Source of the DNA: an uncultured cyanobacterium | Lineage (GTDB): Bacteria; Cyanobacteriota; Cyanobacteriia; Cyanobacteriales; Cyanobacteriaceae | Assembly (NCBI GenBank): GCA_963749915.1 | Contig: CAVVOP010000008.1 | Coordinates: 736,001-800,000 of the forward strand | Direction of reading: 5' to 3' | Length of the DNA: 64,000 nucleotides | Shown: positions 31,648-42,659 of the stretch, in pieces | Numbering within the stretch: the first letter of the stretch is position 1 | Layout of the letters: every line of letters begins with the position of its first letter | Made by a program: the position numbers and the translations under genes | The notes under the pieces: generated by a model | Database searches by the model: none | What the model was told of the DNA's origin: nothing | Seen by the model: the letters and a program-made list of their open reading frames with translations, nothing else

Positions 31648-32172
31648 TTAATCTGGGTACCAAAACATTCCTTTTATCCCTTCTGGATCTGGGACAAAGC
31701 CTAGTCGGCAATAAAAATCGACTACTTGGGGATCGGCAAATAAAGTAACATTACTTATATCTTCGCTGCGTAATTTTTTAATGATATATTTCATGAATGT
31801 TTTACCTAAACCTTTATTTTGAAAGCGAGGATGTATCACTACATCCCAAATAGTGGCGTTAAAAGCATGATCTGACGTGGCACGGGCAAATCCGATCATC
31901 GTTGTTTTCGCCCCCCTTACTTCCCATCCTGAAGCCACTAGATAGCTATTTTCTACTGCCTTTCTGACTTTACGCAAGGGTCTTCTCGCCCACCCTACTG
32001 AATCGCATAATTCTTCTAGTTCATACAAATCAATTTCTTGACGGGTACTAAAGTAGATTTTACTGCGTCCGAATATTTCCGGATCAAGGGCAATCCAATC
32101 TCTGTCATAGGTTTTGTCAGAGAGGTTATTTTCATTATCTGTTTTCGTAAACAATTTTTGTAACCAAACCAT
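31648..32172 (-). CDS. ycf52: GNAT N-acetyltransferase (Ycf52-like)
   Basis: [58 protein letters not shown]. Confidence 0.88.
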   Translation of the reverse strand: MVWLQKLFTKTDNENNLSDKTYDRDWIALDPEIFGRSKIYFSTRQEIDLYELEELCDSVGWARRPLRKVRKAVENSYLVASGWEVRGAKTTMIGFARATSDHAFNATIWDVVIHPRFQNKGLGKTFMKYIIKKLRSEDISNVTLFADPQVVDFYCRLGFVPDPEGIKGMFWYPD

Positions 32173-32380
32173 GCCTATATGGCTAACTGATTTACAAGTG
32201 GTTTATTTTATGATGTCCCAACGGGTTAGCATAATTGCCTTCCCTTTAAACATTCACAGATGATAACACAATAACGGTTATCAGTAAATTAATCGATCAT
32301 CTAATGCTAAAGCCTATAACGACAAACTAACTGATAGAATGATTCTTTGAACATCGACATCTAATTTTTCTCAATAATTA

Positions 32381-33298
32381 ATGAGTCAATCTAATTCTAT
32401 CCTGATCCAAGTACCTGCAACTACGGCTAATTTAGGTTCTGGTTTTGATTGTATTGGTGCTGCTTTAAATCTTTATAATCAATTTGAATTCAGTTTAAGT
32501 AATGACAAAACTACTTTGATCGTAGTCGGTGATGGTGCCCATAAAATTAGCTTAAATGACGATAATTTGCTTTATCAATCTTTTTTGTCCTTTTATCAAC
32601 ATATCTGTTTAACTCCTCCCACCGTTAACATCAGAATTAGTATCAATATCCCCCTAGCTAGAGGTTTGGGTAGTTCTGCAACGGCTATCGTCGCCGGATT
32701 ATTAGCTGCTAATTATTTTTCCCCTCAAAAACTCCCCCAAGAAGATTTAATTAATTTGGCGATCGCCATTGAAGGACATCCGGACAATGTAGTACCAGCG
32801 TTTTTAGGTAACTGTATTTTATCCGTAGGAGAAGGCGATAAATGGCATTTTGTGCCGATTACTTGTAACCCAGACGTCAAATTTATTGTAGCAATACCAG
32901 ATTTTGAACTATCAACGGAAAGGGCAAGGTCAGTATTACCGAAACAATTAAGTTATCATGACGCTATTTTTAACATTGCCCATTTAGGCTTATTAATTAA
33001 GGGTTTAGAAACGGGAAATCAAGATTGGTTAACCGAAGCCTTAAAAGATAAATTACATCAACCTTACCGTAAAAGTTTAATTACAGGTTATGATTCGATT
33101 TATGAAGTGGTCATTAACGCTAATGGTTACGGCATGGTAATTAGTGGTGCGGGTCCCACTTTATTGGCTTTAAGTTCCAGTTTGTATGCTGATGGACTAA
33201 TTGCAGCGATGACGAATACGTGGCAAAGTTTAGGGGTAAAAGCCGATATTAAATGTTTAGATTTAGCTATTCAAGGGGCGATCCTGGAGGAAAACTAA
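32381..33298 (+). CDS. thrB: Homoserine kinase
   Basis: VPATTANLGSGFD, GHMP motif IPLARGLGSSA, EGHPDNV, ISGAGPT. Confidence 0.96.
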   Translation: MSQSNSILIQVPATTANLGSGFDCIGAALNLYNQFEFSLSNDKTTLIVVGDGAHKISLNDDNLLYQSFLSFYQHICLTPPTVNIRISINIPLARGLGSSATAIVAGLLAANYFSPQKLPQEDLINLAIAIEGHPDNVVPAFLGNCILSVGEGDKWHFVPITCNPDVKFIVAIPDFELSTERARSVLPKQLSYHDAIFNIAHLGLLIKGLETGNQDWLTEALKDKLHQPYRKSLITGYDSIYEVVINANGYGMVISGAGPTLLALSSSLYADGLIAAMTNTWQSLGVKADIKCLDLAIQGAILEEN

Positions 33299-33317
33299 CA
33301 CACTTTACGGAGGTTTA

Positions 33318-34679
33318 TTACCTAATTTTTAGGCATAATTGCCGAAAATCATCCCCTCGGTGTTCAAAACTACAGTATTGATCAAAACTGGCACAAGCAG
33401 GAGAAAGTAAGACCACTTTTGCAGCTTTTTCCTCCGCTAATTGTGTACCTCTCAAGACGGCTTTCTCCATGTCTTTGACTATTTCATATTGCTGAAAATC
33501 GGATTTTTCTAATCTTTCGGCAAATAAAGAAGCAGCATCCCCAATTAATAAAACACAGACGCATTTTTCTTTTATTTTCTTTATCCACCTCGCATCGTAA
33601 CCTTCTTTGGCTTCCCCTCCAGCGATGAGAATAACAGGAGACTCTACACAGTCTAAACCCACTTCGGCGGCATCATAATTAGTGGCTTTACTATCGTTAA
33701 TATAGGTAACACCCTTAATGGTTTTGATTAACTCCAATCTATGTGGTACCCCCGTAAATAATGATATTGCTTCAACCATCGCACTTTTACTTACTCCGGC
33801 TAATTTGGCGGCAGCGGTGGCCATTAAAAGATTTTGTAAGTTGTGTTTTCCTACCATTTTAAACAGAGAAATAGGTACAATTAATTCCTTAAAAGCCACA
33901 ATCCAACCATCCTCTAAATAGACCCCTTTTTCGATGTCACCCAATAAATGATTCCTTCCTTTAATGCTTGTCCAATAAGTATTTTTCCAGTCTAGTGTTA
34001 AACCTAAATCAGGTAAATAAGCATCATCTCCATTTAAAATTTTGTAATGAGATCTTTGCAATAAACTGGCTTTAATATTACGATAATTTTCTAGGGTTTT
34101 ATGTCTAGCTAAATGATCGGGAGTAAAAGTGGTCCATATCCCGATTTTGGGGGATAATTCCGCCGAAGACTCTATTTGATAACTACTGATTTCTGCTACT
34201 ACCCATTCAGGGGGATTTTCTAGGGCTGATAAGGCTAATTCACAAGCGGCATAACCGATATTTCCACAGGCCGAAGTTTTGATCCCCCCTGCCTTTAACA
34301 TGGCCTCAATGATGGCAGTAGTGGTAGTTTTACCGTTTGTGCCTGTAATACCAATCCAAGGGTAAGACTTCAAATATTGCCATGCTAATTCCATTTCGCC
34401 GATGGTTTTTATGCCCTGTTGTCTTGCCTCTATCAATACCGGTATGTCATAGGGCACACCTGGACTAACAATGATTAAATCTGGCTTATTTTCAGTGTTT
34501 AAGTCTATATTTTGCCCTAATTTAACATTTATATTTTCTATTGACAGATTTTCTCTAATTTTCTTTAAAGATTGAGAGTTTGAACCATCATAGATAGTTA
34601 CCTGATTATTTTTGTGCCGTAAAATTCTGGCGGCGGCGATACCTGATTTTCCCAAACCAATAATATAAACTTTACCCAT
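33318..34679 (-). CDS. murD: UDP-N-acetylmuramoyl-L-alanine--D-glutamate ligase
   Basis: IIGLGKSG, ITGTNGKTTTT, EISSYQ, NDSKATN, LLSPACASFDQ. Confidence 0.97.
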   Translation of the reverse strand: MGKVYIIGLGKSGIAAARILRHKNNQVTIYDGSNSQSLKKIRENLSIENINVKLGQNIDLNTENKPDLIIVSPGVPYDIPVLIEARQQGIKTIGEMELAWQYLKSYPWIGITGTNGKTTTTAIIEAMLKAGGIKTSACGNIGYAACELALSALENPPEWVVAEISSYQIESSAELSPKIGIWTTFTPDHLARHKTLENYRNIKASLLQRSHYKILNGDDAYLPDLGLTLDWKNTYWTSIKGRNHLLGDIEKGVYLEDGWIVAFKELIVPISLFKMVGKHNLQNLLMATAAAKLAGVSKSAMVEAISLFTGVPHRLELIKTIKGVTYINDSKATNYDAAEVGLDCVESPVILIAGGEAKEGYDARWIKKIKEKCVCVLLIGDAASLFAERLEKSDFQQYEIVKDMEKAVLRGTQLAEEKAAKVVLLSPACASFDQYCSFEHRGDDFRQLCLKIR

Positions 34680-34739
34680 TTATTTGTTTTTAATAATAAT
34701 TAATCCCTTTTTCAAAGATGACTTCTCGATTCGCACTGT

Positions 34740-35291
34740 TTATTTGTATTTTCTTCTATTTTTAAGCCAAGTTTGCCTTGTTTCTTTAAATAACTTTTTC
34801 AGTCTTAAATCTAAGGAAAATCCTCTCTTTGTCTGAGTAATAATCGTACCACTAATGCGATCATGAAATGCTTGATTATATTGATCATCGCTAAAAATAG
34901 TCAATCCATCTAGGATTAAGGGAGTAGCAAATAAAATCATCAAAAGAAAGTCTTGAAAGTTAATCTTTAAGGCAATCATCATTAAAAAACTAGCGATAGC
35001 GATGGTACCTTCTCTTTTCGTCAAACAAATTAGGGAGGGAAGACGATTAAATTGGACATCGATTATTTTTAAATCCATTGCCCAACGTCCTAAACTTTGC
35101 CCTTTATTTTTATCCACCACAATTACCCTAAAAATCAACCAAAGGAACGTAAACACAAGAAATTCTAAGAAAATGTTAGTCACAAGAGAAGATATTAACC
35201 AAACTATCACAAAGTCAATTAAAAAGGCATAAGCACGGCGATCAAAGGGGGCTTTTGGCGATCGGCGAAATAGTATTTCTTCGCTATACAT
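34740..35291 (-). CDS. RDD-family membrane protein
   Basis: RRAYAFLID, GQSLGRW, QAFHDRISGT. Confidence 0.88.
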   Translation of the reverse strand: MYSEEILFRRSPKAPFDRRAYAFLIDFVIVWLISSLVTNIFLEFLVFTFLWLIFRVIVVDKNKGQSLGRWAMDLKIIDVQFNRLPSLICLTKREGTIAIASFLMMIALKINFQDFLLMILFATPLILDGLTIFSDDQYNQAFHDRISGTIITQTKRGFSLDLRLKKLFKETRQTWLKNRRKYK

Positions 35292-35481
35292 GGCTAAAAT
35301 TCAGATTTTTTGTTCAGGATCTCGGGATCTAAGTCTATTTGCTAATATAGATTTTATTGTATCGAGAGCAGTCTGTAACCATGCCAAGACTAAAACCTTG
35401 GCAATCTCCGAAAACAAAGTTAACAGACAATGCTAAAACTTGATCTCGAATCTAAATTCTGAGAAATAAGCCTAAAAATTC

Positions 35482-35503
35482 TTAACATAAGTTAACATAG
35501 AAT
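35482..35503 (+). promoter_or_regulatory. HLR1-like (RpaB) direct repeat overlapping a putative -10 box upstream of ftsH3
   Basis: TTAACATA-AG-TTAACATA (10-bp period) running into TAGAAT at 35498-35503. Confidence 0.5.
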
Positions 35504-35592
35504 CTAACGATAGTAAAAATAAGTTCAAAACTCGGATTAAGTAAGAGTAATTGATAAAACAACAATAAAACATACTAGGAGGGTATCCACCT

Positions 35593-37440
35593 GTGGGTAA
35601 AAATAATAAAAAGTGGCGCAATGTCGGACTATACGCAATTTTAGCGGTAGTAGTTGTCGCCTTGGGGACGGTTTTTTTAGATCGACCTCAAACTAATCAG
35701 TTAACGTGGAAATATAGTGAATTTATTAATGAAATTCAAGGTGATAAAGTTGAAAGAGTAAATTTAAGTGCTGATCGTAGTCAAGCGATTGCCACTGCCA
35801 GAGACGGACAAAGATTTTTAGTGAATTTACCCAACGATCCTCAATTAATCGATATTTTAGCTGAAAATAAGGTAGATATCTCTGTTTTACCGCAAAATGA
35901 CGAGAGTTTCTGGTTCAGAGCCCTAAGTAGTCTATTTTTCCCCATTTTGCTATTAGTTGGTTTGTTTTTCTTACTCCGTCGTGCTTCCAATGGTCCTGGT
36001 TCTCAAGCCATGAACTTTGGTAAATCAAAAGCCAGAGTACAAATGGAACCTCAAACTCAAGTTACTTTTAGCGATGTAGCTGGGATTGAACAGGCGAAAT
36101 TAGAATTGACGGAAGTTGTTGATTTCCTCAAAAATGGTGAACGCTTTACCGCCATCGGTGCAAAAATTCCTAAAGGTGTCCTATTAGTAGGACCTCCCGG
36201 AACCGGTAAAACCCTCTTAGCTAAGGCCGTAGCAGGAGAAGCAGGTGTTCCTTTCTTCAGCATTTCGGGTTCAGAATTTGTAGAGATGTTTGTGGGGGTT
36301 GGTGCTTCTCGTGTACGGGATTTATTTGAACAAGCTAAACAGAATGCCCCTTGTATCGTATTTATCGATGAAATCGACGCAGTAGGTCGTCAACGGGGTG
36401 CAGGTTTAGGCGGTGGCAACGATGAACGAGAACAGACCTTAAATCAATTATTAACAGAAATGGATGGTTTTGAAGGTAATACTGGCATTATCATTGTCGC
36501 CGCTACTAACCGTCCTGATGTATTAGACGCGGCGTTATTACGTCCCGGTCGTTTTGATCGGCAAGTGGTCGTCGATCGCCCTGATTTCGCTGGTCGTACT
36601 GAAATTCTTAATGTTCATGCCCGTGGGAAAACTTTAGGTGCGGATGTGGAGTTAGAAAAAATTGCTCGTCGTACCCCTGGATTCACCGGTGCTGATTTAT
36701 CTAACCTCCTCAATGAAGCTGCCATTTTGGCCGCCCGTCGTAACCTTACGGAAATTTCTATGGATGAGATTAACGATGCCATCGATCGAATTTTGGCCGG
36801 TCCTGAGAAGAAAAATCGGGTAATGAGCCAAAAACGGAAGGAATTAGTGGCTTATCACGAAGCAGGACACGCTTTAGTCGGTGCCTTGATGCCTGACTAT
36901 GACCCCGTCCAAAAAATCAGTATTATTCCCCGTGGTCGTGCCGGTGGCTTAACATGGTTTACCCCTAGCGAAGATCGCATGGAATCTGGTTTGTATTCCC
37001 GTTCTTACCTACAAAATCAGATGGCTGTGGCTTTAGGTGGACGTATTGCTGAAGAAATCATTTTCGGTGAAGAAGAAGTTACCACTGGTGCATCTAACGA
37101 TTTACAACAAGTCGCCCGAGTCGCCCGTCAAATGATTACCCGTTTCGGTATGAGCGATCGTTTAGGACCTGTAGCATTAGGTCGTCAGAATGGTAATGTA
37201 TTCATGGGACGTGATATTGCATCTGATCGTGATTTTTCTGATTCTACTGCCTCCGCCATTGATGATGAAGTCAAAAAATTAGTGGATCAAGCCTATGAAA
37301 GAGCAAAACAAGTATTAGTCGAAAATCGTACGGTGTTAGACAAATTAGCTAATATGTTAATTGAAAAAGAAACCGTTGATGCTGACGAATTACAAGACAT
37401 TCTTAACAATAGTGAAGTTAAAATGGCGGCTATTGTTTAA
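35593..37440 (+). CDS. ftsH3: ATP-dependent zinc metalloprotease FtsH (FtsH3-type)
   Basis: N-terminus [10 protein letters not shown], Walker A GPPGTGKT, Walker B FIDEID, zinc motif HEAGH; SD AGGAGG before the GTG. Confidence 0.93.
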   Translation: MGKNNKKWRNVGLYAILAVVVVALGTVFLDRPQTNQLTWKYSEFINEIQGDKVERVNLSADRSQAIATARDGQRFLVNLPNDPQLIDILAENKVDISVLPQNDESFWFRALSSLFFPILLLVGLFFLLRRASNGPGSQAMNFGKSKARVQMEPQTQVTFSDVAGIEQAKLELTEVVDFLKNGERFTAIGAKIPKGVLLVGPPGTGKTLLAKAVAGEAGVPFFSISGSEFVEMFVGVGASRVRDLFEQAKQNAPCIVFIDEIDAVGRQRGAGLGGGNDEREQTLNQLLTEMDGFEGNTGIIIVAATNRPDVLDAALLRPGRFDRQVVVDRPDFAGRTEILNVHARGKTLGADVELEKIARRTPGFTGADLSNLLNEAAILAARRNLTEISMDEINDAIDRILAGPEKKNRVMSQKRKELVAYHEAGHALVGALMPDYDPVQKISIIPRGRAGGLTWFTPSEDRMESGLYSRSYLQNQMAVALGGRIAEEIIFGEEEVTTGASNDLQQVARVARQMITRFGMSDRLGPVALGRQNGNVFMGRDIASDRDFSDSTASAIDDEVKKLVDQAYERAKQVLVENRTVLDKLANMLIEKETVDADELQDILNNSEVKMAAIV

Positions 37441-37466
37441 GTCGTTAATAATTTAATAATTAATCA

Positions 37467-37492
37467 CGGTAGGGGTAAGGTTTCCTTCCCCT
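37467..37492. terminator. Hairpin (GTAG-type REP-like) between convergent ftsH3 and TPR genes
   Basis: GTAGGGGTAAGG-TTT-CCTTCCCCT inverted repeat. Confidence 0.45.
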
Positions 37493-37526
37493 TAAGTATT
37501 TGTCCCCTTAAGTCAAAACTATTTTA

Positions 37527-38720
37527 TTAATTTTCAATAGTTTTTATTTCGTTGATTTTGCCTAAAAAATAATCTTCTTTATAGCTAAGATTACGGGCAA
37601 TTTCTAAGGCTTTTTCAAAGGATTGAAGGGCTAAAAAATAATCTTGCTTTTTATTGTAAATTATACCCATAGAATCGTAAGTATTCATTAAGCCATAAAA
37701 ATTATAAGACAGTTGTTCAACTTTAATTAATTCTTGATATATTTGCAAGGCTGAATCTAGTTGTTCATATTCTTGATATAGTATTCCTAATTTTCTTAAA
37801 GCATCTGCAGCCACAGCATATTGTTGTCCTCCCCATGCTATATTGAACGCCTCTTGATATGATTTAGTTGCTTCTTCCGGTTTTTTCAAGGTTTTATAGT
37901 CATCACCGATGGCAATTTTTAATAGCGTTAAAGCCGATAAATTTTGATTTCTGAGATAACTTTCCGCTAATTCTTCTTTATATCTGACTGCAGTTTCTGG
38001 TTGGACAATCGCCCCACTAATTTCAGCTAATTGACGTAAATAAATTCCCTCTGCTAGATAATCTTCCTCTAATCTTGATATATTTAGTAGTTCTTCGTAA
38101 ATGGGTTCAGCACGATAATAGTCAAATTTAGCTAAATGAAATTGCCCTAATTTTTCTAAACTGATTTTTAGTGTTTCACTGTCATTATTTAGTCTAGCCA
38201 ATTCTAAATTTTGTTGATAAATAACAATAGATTTATCTAAATTATGCAATGCCTCATAAGCTTCCATAAATAAAGGTAAAAGCTCTGTATTTATATTGTT
38301 ATTAGTAAATTGTGATTCTAAAATTAATAATCTTTCTGTTAGAAAGTTAATATCTTGATTTCGACTTTTATCCCAGGCAAATTTACTAACTCTGGTAATC
38401 ATTTTTAACTCGGACTGTGCACCTAAAGCTCTACTTAAATTAATGGCCTTATACCATAATCCAAAAGCCAAATCATCATTTCCTGCTGACAATTCCGATT
38501 CGGCCAAAGTATCCAAATCAGTGATTTTGTCTTGGATTCTTCTTTTTTCCAACTTCGTTAAATCACGGTTAATTTTTGGGAGTAATTCATCTTCAAAATT
38601 TACCTTGAGGGGATTAACTTCTTCGGTAGTTTGAGCGATAGTTACCCCAGACTGTAAACCAAAAATTAAGAGTAAGTAAATCAACCAATTACTTAATATT
38701 TTGTGTAAAAGCAATTTCAT
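37527..38720 (-). CDS. Tetratricopeptide-repeat protein with N-terminal signal peptide
   Basis: Hydrophobic N-terminus and TPR-like helices (e.g. AADALRKLGILYQEYEQLDSALQIYQE, YDSMGIIYNKKQDYFLALQSFEKALEI). Confidence 0.85.
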   Translation of the reverse strand: MKLLLHKILSNWLIYLLLIFGLQSGVTIAQTTEEVNPLKVNFEDELLPKINRDLTKLEKRRIQDKITDLDTLAESELSAGNDDLAFGLWYKAINLSRALGAQSELKMITRVSKFAWDKSRNQDINFLTERLLILESQFTNNNINTELLPLFMEAYEALHNLDKSIVIYQQNLELARLNNDSETLKISLEKLGQFHLAKFDYYRAEPIYEELLNISRLEEDYLAEGIYLRQLAEISGAIVQPETAVRYKEELAESYLRNQNLSALTLLKIAIGDDYKTLKKPEEATKSYQEAFNIAWGGQQYAVAADALRKLGILYQEYEQLDSALQIYQELIKVEQLSYNFYGLMNTYDSMGIIYNKKQDYFLALQSFEKALEIARNLSYKEDYFLGKINEIKTIEN

Positions 38721-38760
38721 ATTGTTATAAAATGATGAAGAATGTTAACTAAAACTCAGG

Positions 38761-40731
38761 TTATTTAATAAACCAAGAAGATTTTTTCTGCAAACGATTA
38801 CACCAATACTCTAGGGATGGATCATCTTCATCACCTATTTCCTTCCAGATTCCTAACCAAGAATTAGCAGTTTCAGGAGTTTTTTTCTTCATAGCCAACT
38901 TTATTTGTATTTCACAGAACTTACTAAATTCCATATAGTTAAACTGTTTTCTATATAGCAGTGGTTGAAGTAAATTTTCCGCCTCTGATATTTCGTTATT
39001 TTCTAGATGATGTTGTGCCAGTGCAATTGTAGCAAAAGCATAATCAGGATGTTCTTCATGAATTTTTCTTACTAATTCATTTGCATCTCCCCCTCTGCCT
39101 TGCAACATATAAGCACCGGCTAAATTAAATTTTAGATCTGGAGCTGAAGGTTCTAATTTTAAGGCCTGAAGCAAAATAGATTCAGCTTTTTCCCCGTGTC
39201 CTTGTTTGAGAGTTGCCACCGCATCTTGTCCCAGCTGACGAACTTTTTTTGAGTGAGGAATAGTGGGATTGTCATTGATCTCTATACCCATTAGCAAAAT
39301 CTCTTCCTGCTTTCCTTTTATCCATATTTTTACTGGCCCCGATGGGATTAGTCCTTCTTTATTGATTGCCTGAATTGCTTCAAAACGTTGTTGATCCGTT
39401 CCTTCTTGACTAAAGGCAAATTCTTTTAAGGCTGAGAGTAGCTCTGGGGTTTTCGTTGCAGTGCAAATATGCAAGGCAAATTCTCTGGCTAGAGGACTAC
39501 CACGTTTTAAAAGGATTGGAATTAAGGAGACAATTTGAGGATAGTTTTTCATTATCTTATTAATGATTGATTTTCCTTTGTTGTTGTTCTCTGAATCACT
39601 GACCACCATTTGCTTCAGATCTTTTATCAGGGTTGAAGGAAGCCAATCTTGTAAGTCTAAAGCCCAAGGGGTATTTCTTTTCCCCACGGGCAATTTGATA
39701 TTTTCCAAGTTTTCCCTGGCACACTCAAAATCTGGAGATATTTTGAGTGATTGTTCCCATAATTTACGGGCTTTCGTGTCTTGTCCTAAGTTTCCATGGG
39801 CTACGGCTACATAATGCCAAAATATTCCCATTAAATCTTGGCACATTTCTGATGACTCCGCCTCCTGTCCGAGTTCTATTAAACCCGAGTTATCTCCGTA
39901 GAATGATAGTGCTTCGGCTTTTTTTGACCAATGATCAGGCATTTCACTTTTTAGCTCTTTTAATTGTTTTAATGATTGTTCTGCTAATTCTATTTGTCCT
40001 GATAAAATATATAAACGAATGAGATTTGCCGTTGCGTGAATATTCTGAGGGTCTTGTTCCAATACTTTTTTGCTAAGTGTGATCCCTTCGGTTAAATCTC
40101 CGTTTTGGCAAAGAATTATACTCAGATTATTAAGGGCAGGAGATAGATTCGGTGCTAATTTTAGCAATTTTTCTAATGATTGATGAGCTTGAGTGTGTTG
40201 ACCGGTTTCAAATAAAAACCGACTTTGTTCCAGTAATGCTCCTATTTCTAACCCTTGTTTTTCTTCTAATCCTTGGTCTTTAAGTAATTGAGATACTATA
40301 GTTTGTAATTGAGATATTTTAGAATTTGCTTCTGGTATTCGAGAATGATTAGGGAATTTCTCACAAAACTTGTTAAGGGCTTGAACCGCAAGAACAGGAT
40401 AGACATTTTTCATGCAGATGCCCGCTAAAGTTAAATAAGCGTCAGGGTCATCGGGATTTATGGAAATAAATTGTTCGGCTTTTTTTTGGCAAGTTTTCCA
40501 GTTCTTTATTTGATCTGCAAGGATTAACCAGCATTCGAGAATTTCTGGTTGTAAAGAAAAACGTTGTTCTAATTCTTCTAACTTTTGTTCAGCATTTGAC
40601 CACTGTTGTTTAACAATATATTTAGAAAATTCTTTGAGATAGCTATGGAGAGACTGAGAACTTGAACTAAACCCCCAACCTTTTGTTTTAGTTTTTTTCT
40701 TAACCATTTTGTATACAGATTTATTAGCCAA
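38761..40731 (-). CDS. Large tetratricopeptide-repeat protein
   Basis: Multiple TPRs (NPDDPDAYLTLA, APNLSPALNNLS, EPSAPDLKFNLAGAY); start may be the ATG at 40707. Confidence 0.85.
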   Translation of the reverse strand: MANKSVYKMVKKKTKTKGWGFSSSSQSLHSYLKEFSKYIVKQQWSNAEQKLEELEQRFSLQPEILECWLILADQIKNWKTCQKKAEQFISINPDDPDAYLTLAGICMKNVYPVLAVQALNKFCEKFPNHSRIPEANSKISQLQTIVSQLLKDQGLEEKQGLEIGALLEQSRFLFETGQHTQAHQSLEKLLKLAPNLSPALNNLSIILCQNGDLTEGITLSKKVLEQDPQNIHATANLIRLYILSGQIELAEQSLKQLKELKSEMPDHWSKKAEALSFYGDNSGLIELGQEAESSEMCQDLMGIFWHYVAVAHGNLGQDTKARKLWEQSLKISPDFECARENLENIKLPVGKRNTPWALDLQDWLPSTLIKDLKQMVVSDSENNNKGKSIINKIMKNYPQIVSLIPILLKRGSPLAREFALHICTATKTPELLSALKEFAFSQEGTDQQRFEAIQAINKEGLIPSGPVKIWIKGKQEEILLMGIEINDNPTIPHSKKVRQLGQDAVATLKQGHGEKAESILLQALKLEPSAPDLKFNLAGAYMLQGRGGDANELVRKIHEEHPDYAFATIALAQHHLENNEISEAENLLQPLLYRKQFNYMEFSKFCEIQIKLAMKKKTPETANSWLGIWKEIGDEDDPSLEYWCNRLQKKSSWFIK

Positions 40732-40774
40732 ATTGATAAATATTTTCTCTTATTTTCGCCAATTCGATCTCTCA

Positions 40775-40865
40775 TATCAAATCCGGCTGAACAACCTCAC
40801 TAAAAATAAGATTGAAGCCTTGTATTTACTACATCGCATATATGTACAATTTAGCGGATTTGATA
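40775..40865. mobile_element. About 90-bp MITE with TA-flanked ends (IS630/Tc1-like signature)
   Basis: ATATCAAATCCG (40774-40785) and CGGATTTGATAT (40855-40866) form a perfect 12-bp inverted repeat that includes TA at both ends. Confidence 0.7.
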
Positions 40866-40891
40866 TCACCTCGTCTTTCCCTTTCAAGATT

Positions 40892-41680
40892 TTATCTAAT
40901 TTGTGTCATGCCCATAATTTCATATCCCCCATCGACGTAAATAATTTGTCCCGTAATACCACTGGATAAGTCGCTACAGAGAAAGGCGGCAGTGTTGCCT
41001 ACTTCTGTTTGTGTTACGGTACGGCGTAAAGGTGCAACGGATTCTACATGGTGAATCATGTCTAATATGCCCCCAACGGCAGAAGATGCTAAAGTACGGA
41101 TGGGTCCGGCGGAAATAGCATTTACTCTTATATTTTGACTACCTAATTCGGCGGCGAGGTAACGCACACTCATTTCTAGGGCGGATTTAGCAATTCCCAT
41201 GATGTTGTAGTTAGGAATAACTTTGACTCCTCCCAGATAGCTTAAGGTTAACACACTACCACCCGATCGCAACATGGGTTTAGCGGCCTGTACTAGACGG
41301 GTGAGAGAATAGGCACTAATGTCAAGGGCAGTTTTAAAACCTTCACGGGAAACATTACTAAAATCCCCTGTTAAATCATCTTTTTGGGCAAAGGCTAAAC
41401 AGTGAATTAAAATATCAATGTGACCCCATTTTTCTTTAATTTGGTCAAAGGTTTCGTTAATTTGGGCATCATCTTGGACATTACAAGGCAAAAAAAGACT
41501 CGGTTTTAAAGGTTCAACTAATTCCCTGACTTTCTTCTCAAATCTCCCTTTATCATCGGGGAGGTAAGTAACTCCAATATTTGCTCCTGCCTGATGTAGT
41601 TGTTGGGCGATACCCCAAGCGATCGATCGATTATTGGCAATCCCTGTTACAAGGGCGTTTTTTCCGCTTAAATCTAACAT
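40892..41680 (-). CDS. fabI: Enoyl-ACP reductase
   Basis: GIANNRSIAWGIA, YNIMGIAKSALE (Y-x6-K), NAISAGPIRTLASS. Confidence 0.97.
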   Translation of the reverse strand: MLDLSGKNALVTGIANNRSIAWGIAQQLHQAGANIGVTYLPDDKGRFEKKVRELVEPLKPSLFLPCNVQDDAQINETFDQIKEKWGHIDILIHCLAFAQKDDLTGDFSNVSREGFKTALDISAYSLTRLVQAAKPMLRSGGSVLTLSYLGGVKVIPNYNIMGIAKSALEMSVRYLAAELGSQNIRVNAISAGPIRTLASSAVGGILDMIHHVESVAPLRRTVTQTEVGNTAAFLCSDLSSGITGQIIYVDGGYEIMGMTQIR

Positions 41681-41836
41681 ATTCTTGATTTTTTGTCTAA
41701 ATTTTTGTAATATATAACAATAATTCGCTAAACTGGTTAAGTTATAGATAGTTATCTAGTTTACAATTACTTATTTTCTTATAGAAAGTGTCGTTTATAG
41801 GATCGATCATTAAATATTATTCTGTAACTATCCCCA

Positions 41837-42514
41837 ATGCAACCAGTATCAAATCAAGAACAACCTTTAGCTTCCGTATTCCGCCAAATTGGTGCCGGAA
41901 TTTATACCCCTGTGGTGGAAAGATTTGAGCGCGGTAAAACCATCTTTTTTCCCGGTGATCCCGCCGAGAGGGTCTATTTTTTAATCAAGGGTGCTGTAAA
42001 ATTGTCACGAGTTTATGAAGCAGGGGAAGAAATTACTGTAGCTTTACTACGAGAGAATAGTATTTTTGGCGTACTATCTTTAATTACTGGACAAAAATCT
42101 GATCGCTTTTATCATGCCGTAGCTTTTACCCCTGTAGAATTATTATCAGCGCCGATTGAGCATTTTCAAAGATCTTTAAAAGATAATCCTGAGTTATCCC
42201 GTTTAATGTTACAAGGGCTATCTTCTCGGATTTTACAAACGGAATTGATGATTGAAACCCTAGCACATCGTGATATGGCTTCTCGTTTAGTGAGTTTCTT
42301 ATTAATTCTTTGTCGAGATTTTGGTGTCCCCAGTCTCAATGGTGTAACCATTGATCTTAGATTGTCACATCAGGCGATTGCTGAGGCCATCGGTTCAACC
42401 CGTGTGACAGTTACCAGACTATTGGGGGAATTAAGACAAGAGGAGATGATTTCCATTACCAAGAAGAAAATAACCGTGCATAATCCCGTGGCACTAAGTC
42501 AGCAATTTGCATAA
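41837..42514 (+). CDS. ntcA: Global nitrogen regulator NtcA
   Basis: [54 protein letters not shown]; divergent from fabI, as is usual in cyanobacteria. Confidence 0.98.
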   Translation: MQPVSNQEQPLASVFRQIGAGIYTPVVERFERGKTIFFPGDPAERVYFLIKGAVKLSRVYEAGEEITVALLRENSIFGVLSLITGQKSDRFYHAVAFTPVELLSAPIEHFQRSLKDNPELSRLMLQGLSSRILQTELMIETLAHRDMASRLVSFLLILCRDFGVPSLNGVTIDLRLSHQAIAEAIGSTRVTVTRLLGELRQEEMISITKKKITVHNPVALSQQFA

Positions 42515-42659
42515 CTATTGATAATTAATAATTGTTACTTATTACTTCTCATTCTCCTCTATCCCTTGTCTTTAATTCTCTAAACTAGGGTTAAACTATA
42601 ACTTATAGTGATGTGATGGTGTGAATAAATTTTGTGAGGAGTGAATAACTCTATTTTAT

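Noticed and set aside
41751..41764. NtcA autoregulatory site GTT-N8-TAC upstream of ntcA
   Set aside because: Imperfect match with no TAN3T -10 box about 22 nt downstream; too weak to call in AT-rich DNA
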